A stretch of DNA of 64,000 bases. Origin: Spirochaetia bacterium (GTDB lineage: Bacteria; Spirochaetota; Spirochaetia; WTKD01; G963693115). The translations under genes were made by a program, and so were the position numbers. Below the pieces are notes generated by a model. That model was given only the letters and a program-made list of their open reading frames with translations, had not been told where the DNA came from and ran no database searches. Numbering within the stretch: the first letter of the stretch is position 1; each line of letters begins with the position of its first letter. Where the stretch lies: assembly GCA_965226055.1 (NCBI GenBank), contig CBDDCA010000006.1:160001-224000 (forward strand). The letters are read 5' to 3'. Of the stretch, positions 42,822-52,346 are shown one piece after another.

Positions 42822-44057
42822 ATGAAACAATATTATTTACTTTTGAAGAATGGACATTGTATAGATCCATTCAACAACATAGATTCTGCTATGGACATTG
42901 CTATAGCAGACGGAAAAATAGCAGCAGTAGCCCCTCATATAGCAGAGGAAGAAGCTGAGAAACACATTGATATGTCAGGCTTATTAGTGAGTCCAGGACT
43001 TATTGATGCACATACCCATTGCTATCACAGTAGTGGCCTGCCTAAAGTGTGGGCAGGAGATTATAGCGTACAGCCTGATTACTATAGCTTTCGTAGTGGG
43101 GTTACCACTATGGTAGACACTGGGAGTGCAGGAAGCTATAATTTCGGACATTTCAAAACGACTGTCATTGACAGGGCAAAAACAAGAATACTTGCCTATC
43201 TTAATATTGCTGATTATGGAATGACAACATTGATGGTAGAACAGTACCCAGACACAAATGATAGTGAATCATTTATTAGTACTTGTAATGCATATCCACA
43301 GGACATAGTTGGCATAAAAATAGCTCATTATTGGAAAAAAGACTGGAAAGATGTTGAGTATGCACAAAAGGTGCAAAAAGAGGTACGCCTGCCTATTATG
43401 GTCGATTTTGGGGTGTTTAAGAAAGAGCGTCCTTACTACACACTTGTGAGTGATGTATTAAATCCTGGAGATATAAGCACTCACTGCTTTAGAGCTCCTG
43501 TACCTGTAGTGGATGAAAACAATACAGTATATCCTTTTTTATGGAAAGCAAAAAAGCGAGGCATAAAATTTGATCTTGGACATGGAGCAGGAAGTTTCGT
43601 TTTCAGAAATGCTATACCAGCAATGGAACAAGGGTTTCTCCCCGATTCTCTTTCTACTGATATACACGGACTTTGTATAAACGGAAATGTGTATGATCAA
43701 ACAAACCTTTTGTCAAAAATACATGCTTGTGGTTCACTCTCATGGTATGATATTTTTCGATTATCAACATCATCCCCTGCTGCCTATTTGAACAGAACTG
43801 ACATAGGAAATATGAGTATAGGAGCTGAGGCAGATATTGCAGTATGGTCTCTCCGAAAAGGAGCATTTAGATTTCAAGATATTGCAGGAGCATACATTGA
43901 AGGCGATGAAAAACTGGAATGTGAAATGACATTTCGAAAAGGAGAAGTTATGTGGGACATCAATGCACGTATGGCAACTCATTATAAGCATATGCCAAAA
44001 TTATATGGCTTAGAAACATGGCGAGAAGAATTGGTGCGACCACCAAACAATACATAA
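42822..44057 (+). CDS. amidohydrolase / deacetylase family metallohydrolase (dihydroorotase-like)
   Basis: PGLIDAHTH, GVTTMVDTGSAG, FDLGHG.GSF, STD. Confidence 0.85.
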   Translation: MKQYYLLLKNGHCIDPFNNIDSAMDIAIADGKIAAVAPHIAEEEAEKHIDMSGLLVSPGLIDAHTHCYHSSGLPKVWAGDYSVQPDYYSFRSGVTTMVDTGSAGSYNFGHFKTTVIDRAKTRILAYLNIADYGMTTLMVEQYPDTNDSESFISTCNAYPQDIVGIKIAHYWKKDWKDVEYAQKVQKEVRLPIMVDFGVFKKERPYYTLVSDVLNPGDISTHCFRAPVPVVDENNTVYPFLWKAKKRGIKFDLGHGAGSFVFRNAIPAMEQGFLPDSLSTDIHGLCINGNVYDQTNLLSKIHACGSLSWYDIFRLSTSSPAAYLNRTDIGNMSIGAEADIAVWSLRKGAFRFQDIAGAYIEGDEKLECEMTFRKGEVMWDINARMATHYKHMPKLYGLETWREELVRPPNNT

Positions 44058-44061
44058 GAAT

Positions 44062-45198
44062 ATGACTATCTATGAAGAATTAGGGATAACACCATGTATT
44101 AACGCGGCTGGCACTTATACTGTGATTGGAGGATCACGTATGAGTGAGAAAACGCTAAAGCATATATGCGAAGCTGCACAACAGCATGTGTCTATTGAAG
44201 AATTACTAGAAATAGTACAAAATAAAATCGCACATATGACACACAATCAAGCAGCGGTAGTGTGTAATGGAGCTGCGTCAGGATTGTATCTTACTGCACT
44301 TGCCTGTGTTTCATTGAAATTAAGGAAAGCTACTAAGTATATTAGTATTTCTGAACTTCAACAATATGAAATTCTCGCAATGAATGCCCACCATATACCC
44401 TATGATTTTGCAGTCACGCAAACAGGCATACAACAACGTTGGGTGGGATGTTCTAGTATAGCAGGAAGCATGAGCAAGGAAGATTTAGAGCAGGCTATTC
44501 ATGAACGAACGGTGGCATTGTTTTATTATGTCTCTTCTCCTGATGGACTTGATGCAGCAGGTGCACTCTCATTAGAAGAGACTATTGCAGTAGGAAAGAA
44601 GCACAATGTGCCTGTTATTGTTGATGCAGCAGCACAACTTCCTCCTGTAGAAAACCTCTGGAATTTCACTGCAATGGGAGCTACAGCAGCGCTCTTTAGT
44701 GGAGGCAAAGATCTATGTGGTCCGCAATCAAGCGGTCTCATTGTAGGACAGAAAACACTGTTGACTATTATTCAGCAGACAAATTTTCCTCATTACGGAT
44801 ACGGAAGAATGCTAAAAGTAGGGAGAGAAGAAATAGTAGGCTTATACAGTGCAGTAAAGCAGTACTTAGAAAAAGATCATACGCATAGAAATACATGGGT
44901 TGAAACAATGGTATCTGATATACTAAACGCATTTACTGACAGTGAGGTATACACAATGGAACGTGCTTTTCCTAACGAGGCACAACAGCCCCTCGCCTAT
45001 GTAAGAATAGCATTAAAAAACAATAGGAGCATCCATGTGCTAGAACAAGATCTTAGAAAAGAAGCTATTTCTATTTTTGTAAAGTCCGAGAAAAATGTAC
45101 TGTACATAAACCCTATGACATTACAAGAAAACGAAATATCCCTTGTTATCAAAAAACTAAAAATAATTGAAGACAACTACATAAGGAGTAAGCAATGA
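44062..45198 (+). CDS. SelA-like PLP enzyme (DgaE-type ammonia-lyase family)
   Basis: INAAGT.T.IGGS, VDAAAQ, FSGGK...GPQ.SG, R.LKVGREEI. Confidence 0.82.
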   Translation: MTIYEELGITPCINAAGTYTVIGGSRMSEKTLKHICEAAQQHVSIEELLEIVQNKIAHMTHNQAAVVCNGAASGLYLTALACVSLKLRKATKYISISELQQYEILAMNAHHIPYDFAVTQTGIQQRWVGCSSIAGSMSKEDLEQAIHERTVALFYYVSSPDGLDAAGALSLEETIAVGKKHNVPVIVDAAAQLPPVENLWNFTAMGATAALFSGGKDLCGPQSSGLIVGQKTLLTIIQQTNFPHYGYGRMLKVGREEIVGLYSAVKQYLEKDHTHRNTWVETMVSDILNAFTDSEVYTMERAFPNEAQQPLAYVRIALKNNRSIHVLEQDLRKEAISIFVKSEKNVLYINPMTLQENEISLVIKKLKIIEDNYIRSKQ

Positions 45199-45590
45199 TA
45201 AAAAGAATACCTAACAATGCCATCCAGCATAGTACTGCAGGCCCCTATTCGCCTGTGTTAGAAGTAGCGTTTGATACATTAGTATTGATATCAGGACAAG
45301 CCCCCATAGATATGGATGGCACTGTTGTAGGAGCTAGCATAGAAGAACAAACAAGGTTTACTATGGATAACTGCATAAAACAACTCAAAAATGCTCAGTG
45401 TACATTAGACAATGTATTTAAGGTAAACGTGTATCTTACAGATCTTGATCTATGGCCACGTTTTAATGAAGTATACAAAACATACTTCTCTCTTCCATAC
45501 CCCTGTCGTACGGCAGTGCAAGTAGGCTTACTCTACACATTCTTAGTAGAAATAGAAATGTGGGCAGCAAAGAACAATACCAGCACATAA
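45195..45590 (+). CDS. RidA/YjgF family enamine deaminase
   Basis: GPYS, SGQ.P, FNEVY..YF..P.P.R, VEIE. Confidence 0.9.
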   Translation: MIKRIPNNAIQHSTAGPYSPVLEVAFDTLVLISGQAPIDMDGTVVGASIEEQTRFTMDNCIKQLKNAQCTLDNVFKVNVYLTDLDLWPRFNEVYKTYFSLPYPCRTAVQVGLLYTFLVEIEMWAAKNNTST

Positions 45591-45649
45591 AACAATAGAG
45601 CGTGTTTTTCCTTCCTCTCTCTACTTTTTCTGACAATATAAAAGACACA

Positions 45650-46476
45650 TTATCTACTACGTGAAAATCTCCGAAAAGACGATACCACATGGTATATGAG
45701 AGTAAAATTTATTACATCCATAAAAAGCTCAAGGAGGAGAATATAACTTTCAGCATTTTTTATAGTAGAAAGAGGAACTATGAGCTTAACAAATATGGTG
45801 AGCAACTGTGGATTTACACACATTAAAAATAGTGCATACCCTATAAAACATATGGACACTATATGTTTTAATAGTTTTAATTTCTTTATAATACATATAA
45901 ATTGAATAAAACAAATAATAAGAATATCAATAAGTATAGATAAATAGGAATATTGACATGGAAAATGGAATATATATGAAGATAAACCCGATCTTGCTAG
46001 TTTAATAGTACTTAGGGGAAAAACAGGAAGCGTAGCAACAAATAAATTCAATATAACAATCCAGAATAACCCTAGCAACCAATCTTTACCGTGTTCACTA
46101 ACATAATATGAAAAGAACAAACTAAATTTATCTAATGGATTTTTTTCTTTTTTACGATGTTTCTCTAATTCTTTTACATAGTACTGATGTGCTTCTATGC
46201 TATTGCTTTGCTTATAAAACTCATTTTTAATAACACGATATGTCTCTTTATCATCTACTGTTTCTACCTCAGCTCCAAGAAAAAATAAATTTCTTTCTAT
46301 ATGCACTCCATACAGATCTATTTTTTTAAATTTTCTATTCATAAAATAACCATGTTTCTCAAAGCTACAATATGAAAAATCAGCCTTAAGTTCCTCTTCT
46401 TCTTTTTTCTCTTTTTTATCAAAGTACACAACACCCTCAAAAGTAGTATTTTTAAAAATTATCTTATCGTTAAACA
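45650..46476 (-). pseudogene. 3' part of the pentapeptide-repeat membrane protein gene, split by IS30
   Basis: Removing the IS rejoins it in frame with 47558-49613 (...SNFRYAM|FNDKIIF...); C-terminal TM helices. Confidence 0.85.
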
Positions 46477-47557
46477 CACGAGTTCAAGGATTAAATGCGA
46501 CAAAGGAGCAAAAAAAGTAAGAAAAAATAAAAAAAGGAGACACTCTATAATTGTATAAACGAAACAAATTAGGAGGTCTCCTTTATGAGTATACCAAAAA
46601 ACTCATTTCGTCATCTGACAGACAAAGATCGTACTATTATCGCTACGCTCCGTCATGCAAAGTACAGTATCAATGCTATAGCCAAACGCCTCAGTGTCCA
46701 TCGCAGCACTGTCTATCGTGAAATACAACGCAATGGAGGCAAACATGTCTATAATGAAGTCATTGCTCACAGACAGGCAAGAAAACGATGGGATAAGAGC
46801 CATAAAAAACTCTCTATTCCTTCTCATACTATTCGTACCTATATCGTTTTTCACCTTATATTCGATGGCTGGTCGCCTGAACAAATAGCAGGAAGGCTCA
46901 GTATTGATATGCCTCAGTATACTATCAGTCATGAGACAATATATCACTTTATTTATCGTTTTGCTCCTCATTTGACACAGTATCTGCGAAAACAGCACCA
47001 AACACGCAAAAAAAGAAGAGTATCTCGTTCTTTTTCTGTTTCTCGTATCCCTCATCGTGTCTCAGTACACGAACGAGGCGATGTTTCTAATGAATATGGC
47101 CACTGGGAAGTAGATCTTGTTGGCTCTTCTTCAAAAGCTACTGTGCTTGCTTTAGTGGAAAAACATACCCGTTATGTTCTTTTTCATAAGATACCTGACA
47201 AAACTGCTCATACCGTACAGTATGGCATGCTCTTTGCTCTAAGGAACATACCACGCCATTTATGTAACAGTTTCACTTATGATAATGGGAGTGAATTTAT
47301 GCTCCATACTGAAATAAATACACGCCTGAATGCTCGTTCTTATTTTTGTACTCCTTACTGTGCTTGGGAAAAAGGATTAGTCGAACATTCTATTGGATTA
47401 TTACGTCAGTACTTTCCTAAGAAGACTTTGTTTCATAGAGTCAAGCAAAGTGATATACTACAAGTACAAACGCTTATCAATCATAGACCACGAAAATGTC
47501 TTCATTTTTTGACCCCTGCTGAAGCCTTTTCTGTCGCATTTAGTCCTTGAATCCGCA
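46477..47557 (+). mobile_element. IS30-family insertion sequence with 3-bp target duplication (ACA)
   Basis: imperfect terminal inverted repeats (cacgagttcaaggattaaatgcgaca / tgtcgcatttagtccttgaatccgca); ACA at 46474-46476 and 47558-47560. Confidence 0.9.
46585..47550 (+). CDS. IS30 family transposase
   Basis: HTH (IA..L..H.STVYREI.RN), WSPEQIAG, GHWEVD, TYDNGSEF, WEKG.VE, IN.RPRK.L. Confidence 0.95.
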   Translation: MSIPKNSFRHLTDKDRTIIATLRHAKYSINAIAKRLSVHRSTVYREIQRNGGKHVYNEVIAHRQARKRWDKSHKKLSIPSHTIRTYIVFHLIFDGWSPEQIAGRLSIDMPQYTISHETIYHFIYRFAPHLTQYLRKQHQTRKKRRVSRSFSVSRIPHRVSVHERGDVSNEYGHWEVDLVGSSSKATVLALVEKHTRYVLFHKIPDKTAHTVQYGMLFALRNIPRHLCNSFTYDNGSEFMLHTEINTRLNARSYFCTPYCAWEKGLVEHSIGLLRQYFPKKTLFHRVKQSDILQVQTLINHRPRKCLHFLTPAEAFSVAFSP

Positions 47558-49613
47558 ACATAGCATATCTAAAATTTGATATTTTTTTAAAAATAACATG
47601 ATCAAAATCAGCATCTTGTTTAAATTTTGACTTTCTAAAAATAGCATTTTCTGCAAAAGAAACACACCGAAAATATACTTTTTCTTTAAAAGTAGCTGCA
47701 GAAAAATCAACAAATCCTTTAAAGGATACCTTTTTATCCCAATTTAAACCAAATTTAGTTTCTTTTTCAAATATAGCTTTACGAAAAACTACCTCTACAA
47801 ATAATTCAACAGCACAAAAATCTACTTCTTTCTTAAAATTAACTTCACTAAAGTCTACTTTTTTCTCAAAAGTAGCTCCATTAAAATTCACTTCCTCTTC
47901 AAATTTAGCACTACAAAATTTTGCTTCCTCCCCAAATTTAGCACTACTAAAATCTGCTTTCTCCCCAAAGGTAGTATCACTAAATTTTGCTTCCTTTTTA
48001 AATGTAATATTCCAAAAATTTGCTTTCTCTCCAAAGGTAGTACTACTAAAATCTGCTTCCTTTCCAAATTTAACTTCCCAAAAATTTGCTTCCTTAAAAT
48101 TAGCATTATTAAAACTTACTTTCTTTTTAAATCTAGCAGCTCTAAAATCTGTTTCGTCTCCAAAGGTAACATCACTAAAATCTGTTTCATCTCCAAAGGT
48201 AACATCACTAAAATCTGCTCTCTCCCCAAAGGTAGTATCACTAAATTTTGCTTCCTTTCCAAATCTAGCATTACTAAAATCTGCTTCCTCTCCAAATTCA
48301 GCACTACTAAAATCTACTTCCTCTCCAAAGGTAACACTCCAAAACCTTGCTTCCTTTTCAAATCTAGCATTACTAAAATCTGCTTCCTCTCCAAAGGTAA
48401 CACTCCAAAACCTTGCTTCCTTTTCAAATCTAGCATTACTAAAATCTGCTTCCTCTCCAAAGGTAACACCCCAAAACTTTGCTTCCTTTTCAAATCTAGC
48501 ATTACTAAAATCTGCTTCCTCTCCAAATTCAGCACTACTAAAATCTGCTTCCTCTCCAAAGGTAACACCCCAAAACTTTGCTTCCTTTTCAAATCTAGCA
48601 TTACTAAAATCTGCTTCCTCTCCAAATTCAGCACTACTAAAATCTACTTCCTCTCCAAAGGTAACACTCCAAAACTTTGTTTCCTTTTTAAACTCAGCAC
48701 TACTAAAATCTGCTTCCTCTCCAAATTCAGCACTACTAAAATCTACTTCCTCTCCAAAGGTAACACTCCAAAACTTTGTTTCCTTTTTAAACTCAGCACT
48801 ACTAAAATCTGCTTCCTCTCCAAATTCAGCACTACTAAAATCTACTTCCTCTCCAAAGGTAACACTCCAAAACTTTGTTTCCTTTTTAAACTCAGCACTA
48901 CTAAAATCTGCTTCCTCTCCAAATTCAGCACTACTAAAATCTACTTCCTCTCCAAAGGTAACACTCCAAAACTTTGTTTCCTTTTTAAACTCAGCACTAC
49001 TAAAATCTGCTTCCTCTCCAAATTCAGCACTACTAAAATCTGCTTCCTCTCCAAAGGTAACACCCCAAAACTTTGCTTCCTTTTCAAATCTAGCATTACT
49101 AAAATCTGCTTCCTCTCCAAATTCAGCACTACTAAAATCTACTTCCTCTCCAAAGGTAACACCCCAAAACTTTGCTTCCTTTTCAAATCTAGCATTACTA
49201 AAATCTGCTTCCTCTCCAAAGGTAACACTCCAAAACCTTGCTTCCTTTTCAAATCTAGCATTACTAAAATCTGCTTCCTCTCCAAAGGTAACACTCCAAA
49301 ACTTTGCTTCCTTTTCAAACTCAGCACTACTAAAATTTACTTCCTTTTCAAATCTAGGACTACTAAAATCTGCTTCTCCTAAAAAATCACAATATGAGAA
49401 ATTATATATTTTTTCTTCTTTCTTATATAATTCACATAGTTCCGTAATGGCATTTGTATGTATATTATTGAGTACTTTTGCCCTTAGATCACCTTTTTCT
49501 GTTTCATACCACTGTATACATTTTCGAATATGCGGATATTTTTTCCATATATCCTTAAGTTCCTCGTTGTTGGATAGCTCTGCAAGTTCTTCTTGTGTTT
49601 TTTCTTCCATCAC
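47558..49613 (-). pseudogene. 5' part of the pentapeptide-repeat protein gene (IS30-interrupted)
   Basis: long run of 11-aa A.FxxAxFxxE repeats; the ORF-track C-terminus (LRIQG...) reads into the IS end. Confidence 0.85.
47800..49385 (-). repeat. 33-bp tandem coding repeats with near-identical 66/99-bp higher-order units
   Basis: units such as actaaaatctgcttcctctccaaattcagcact recur many times; boundaries approximate. Confidence 0.85.
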
Positions 49614-49644
49614 ATAATTATTATAGTTAATATATAAATATTTT

Positions 49645-49684
49645 GTTGTAGGTGAGCTGAAATTCTTTCTTTATATGATTTGAC
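49645..49684 (+). repeat. solitary degenerate CRISPR repeat A
   Basis: GTTGTAGGTGAGCTGAAATTCTTT[CTTT]ATATGATTTGAC: 30/36 identical to the array repeat (crRNA sense) plus a 4-bp insertion. Confidence 0.85.
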
Positions 49685-49745
49685 TTAACTTTAATATCAA
49701 GTAATGTAAAAAGCTACATAAAATATATATAGCACATAAGAATAT

Positions 49746-50228
49746 TTATGGATAATTACATATATCTATATTATGATATGTAAAAAAATCGGAAACAACA
49801 GTAGTAGAAGAATCATTATCAAAAAAATCATCCAATTCAGCTATTTTTTCATTATTCAACTTTTTAATCGCTTCTCGTTCATCAATTACAGCAAGTTTTT
49901 CCTCTAACCTTTGATTATGATAATCAGTTATATCATGTGTATCTTCTGCTTTCTTTCTCAAGTATTTAATCTCAATTTCCTCAAGTTTTTTATTTTTCTG
50001 TTCTCTTATTTTTCTTTGTTCAGAAAACCACAAAGAAAGAAAACTATAAAGGGCATCCTCTTTCAATTCCTCTAATGCGTAATTTTCAGTTTCTAAATAA
50101 TCATCTAATAAATATCGAACAGTAACACAATCTTGTAAATATCTATCAAAAAAAGATTCTTGAGATTCAATATTTTGCAAGAAAAATAATAATATACATA
50201 ATTGTATCAATGCAACTTTTCTTATCAT
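49746..50228 (-). CDS. hypothetical secreted helical protein
   Basis: signal-peptide-like N-terminus, charged coiled coil, AGGAG RBS. Confidence 0.6.
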   Translation of the reverse strand: MIRKVALIQLCILLFFLQNIESQESFFDRYLQDCVTVRYLLDDYLETENYALEELKEDALYSFLSLWFSEQRKIREQKNKKLEEIEIKYLRKKAEDTHDITDYHNQRLEEKLAVIDEREAIKKLNNEKIAELDDFFDNDSSTTVVSDFFTYHNIDICNYP

Positions 50229-50267
50229 ACCTACTCCTACTTTCTAATATAGCACTTATTGGTTTTT

Positions 50268-50303
50268 GTTATAGATAAACTGAAGTTCTTTATATGATAT
50301 AAT
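50268..50303 (+). repeat. solitary degenerate CRISPR repeat B (intact extended -10 TGATATAAT)
   Basis: GTTATAGATAAACTGAAGTTCTTTATATGATATAAT: 30/36 ungapped, all differences are G/A transitions. Confidence 0.9.
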
Positions 50304-50392
50304 CAATTATGATGACGAGTGAATAAAGCTACTTAAAATATTTACAGCTACTTTTTAGCAGTCATAATTAAATAGAGAACAGGAGAATTTTT

Positions 50393-51208
50393 ATGGACTA
50401 TACGCTATTTTTAAGTAAAAATGATACTGATCGTACATTACATGAGTTTGAGGGATTAGTGAAAGGTATTCTATTAGATAATGAACTAAATGAAAAGGAA
50501 GTGATAGCACTGAGAACATGGATTGATAACAATACACACTTTCTTTCTAAGAGTAATAAGGGTGTAACAAAAAACATTTTTACTGATTTATACTCCGCTT
50601 TTTATAGTAAATCAGGTGAGATTTTAATTGATGATATATTTATGTGTTTGCGTAATATCTCCTTCAAATCAATCTACTATAAAGAAGATACTACTAATAT
50701 ACAAATTTTAATAGGTTTGCTACGTGGTATTGTTGCCGATAGAGTTATAAATCAAAAAGAAATAAATAATCTTATTGTATGGTTAAAAGATCATTCTAGT
50801 TTACAGTCTATGTATCCATATAACCTATTAGTGAAGTTACTCCAAATAGGAACAGTTGATGAAGGAATTATTACAGATAATGAAGGTAAGTTGATGGAGC
50901 TTTGTATTGGTTTTGAAAGTGATTATGCTAATCAATCTGTTGTTAATAATGACATAGAAGTAATTTTTGCAAACAAACATTTTTGCTTTAGTGGCTATTC
51001 TGACAGTTATTCCAAGAAAGAAGTGCAAGAAAAAATAGAGAGTTTGAGTGGCTTTTATCATAAGAGTATGTGCAAAAAAGTTGACTATCTCATTTTAGGA
51101 GATAAAAAAAGTGAAGGCTGGGCTTATGGGAGCTATGGAAGAAAAGTAGAAAGCGCTCTAAATAATGGTATTCCCGTAGTTTCAGAATCTGTGTTATCAG
51201 TAACATAA
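50393..51208 (+). CDS. BRCT-domain protein with duplicated N-terminal helical (GI.AD..IN..E) domains
   Basis: two GI..D...N..E..L..W repeats; C-terminal FCFSG...G.....VDYLILG...W...SYGRKVE.A. Confidence 0.8.
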   Translation: MDYTLFLSKNDTDRTLHEFEGLVKGILLDNELNEKEVIALRTWIDNNTHFLSKSNKGVTKNIFTDLYSAFYSKSGEILIDDIFMCLRNISFKSIYYKEDTTNIQILIGLLRGIVADRVINQKEINNLIVWLKDHSSLQSMYPYNLLVKLLQIGTVDEGIITDNEGKLMELCIGFESDYANQSVVNNDIEVIFANKHFCFSGYSDSYSKKEVQEKIESLSGFYHKSMCKKVDYLILGDKKSEGWAYGSYGRKVESALNNGIPVVSESVLSVT

Positions 51209-51233
51209 GAATTACACACAAATATGTAATAAT

Positions 51234-51273
51234 ATTATAGATAAGCTAAAACTCTTTCTTTACATGATATAAT
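51234..51273 (+). repeat. solitary degenerate CRISPR repeat C
   Basis: ATTATAGATAAGCTAAAACTCTTT[CTTT]ACATGATATAAT: 28/36 plus the same CTTT insertion as copy A. Confidence 0.75.
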
Positions 51274-51313
51274 TGATTGTATCTCTAGTAATGGGTAAAT
51301 ACCCAATCAATAA

Positions 51314-52132
51314 TTAGAATTTTTCAACAAAATAAGACACCGTATTCTCTATTAAAGTTTGAGAGTGCGTCTTATCATCAGTTAATACATTGAATATATG
51401 ATCTGCATCTTCCATTTGTATAAATGATGTGCTTTTTGCTTTACTAGCATGAGATAAAAAGTCAGAGTCATCATACTGTAAAAAATCGTTAGTTCCACGA
51501 ATAACAAGTAAGTCGCCATCATATGTATCTATCACTGAGTATGAGTTCCATCCAATTAGTCCATATATAAATTGTCGCGATATTCTTTGTTCTGACCATG
51601 TAACCTCGTCATAAAAATCATTATTTGATAAAGAACGCAGATTAACATTGTCGTCATAATTTTTTGAAATTAGCCTAAATGAGCCATCATATGTTGGAGA
51701 CCAAAGTACAGTGACATCTACTTTTAGTGTAGTAATTACATAGGACGCTGTTAGTCCTCCTAAGGAAAATCCAATAACACCAATTTTCTTTGTTGGATAT
51801 TCTTTTTTTACTTTATTATATGCTTCCACTGACTCCTGTAGTCTACTTTCCATTGTTGATGTTACATAGTATTTGTTTCGTTCACCTTCGCCACTAAAAT
51901 TAAATCGATACGATGCTATATTTTTCTCCAAAAGTTCATTGGCAGTATCCTTAAATAAGTTTCCGACTTCATCATAATGACTTTGAAATCCATGAAGCAT
52001 AATTACAATAGAGTCAAATGTATCAGGACGAACAAACACTCCATTCTTATTGTCTTCTTTATTATCCTCTGTTCTTGAAGCACACGAAATTAACACTATG
52101 CTTATGCACATACATATAAATAATTTTTTCAT
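51314..52132 (-). CDS. alpha/beta hydrolase lipoprotein
   Basis: lipobox LISC, LHGF, GFSLGG nucleophile elbow, GTND, ADH. Confidence 0.88.
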   Translation of the reverse strand: MKKLFICMCISIVLISCASRTEDNKEDNKNGVFVRPDTFDSIVIMLHGFQSHYDEVGNLFKDTANELLEKNIASYRFNFSGEGERNKYYVTSTMESRLQESVEAYNKVKKEYPTKKIGVIGFSLGGLTASYVITTLKVDVTVLWSPTYDGSFRLISKNYDDNVNLRSLSNNDFYDEVTWSEQRISRQFIYGLIGWNSYSVIDTYDGDLLVIRGTNDFLQYDDSDFLSHASKAKSTSFIQMEDADHIFNVLTDDKTHSQTLIENTVSYFVEKF

Positions 52133-52346
52133 AAAAATCTCCTCATTGTAATAATGGTTTTGGCATTGATAAAAAAGAACAGATAAATAAAATGGACTAA
52201 ACCTGCCTCCTTTATTTAATTATACAAACTTTATACATGTTTCGCTTTGCTTCCTAGTATTTCTTTCTAAAGTATCTTTTTTTAGTTATCTATGCCCACC
52301 CCTAAAAATTACTACAGGAGTTTTATATTTGTACGATATAAAGTAT

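Noticed and set aside
46479-47555. Alternative IS30 boundaries with a 2-bp CA duplication
   Set aside because: The reconstructed empty site would be out of frame; the ACA duplication restores the ORF
47888-49327. Alternative-frame repeat ORFs (LERKQILV...)
   Set aside because: Frame shadows of the 33-bp pentapeptide repeats
49645-51273. Integron attC interpretation of the intergenic repeats
   Set aside because: No RYYYAAC...GTTRRRY palindromes and no integrase in the window; the match to the CRISPR repeat is far better
52150-52225. Possible fourth solitary repeat between the hydrolase and cas1
   Set aside because: Only patchy similarity in AT-rich DNA; cannot be distinguished from chance by eye
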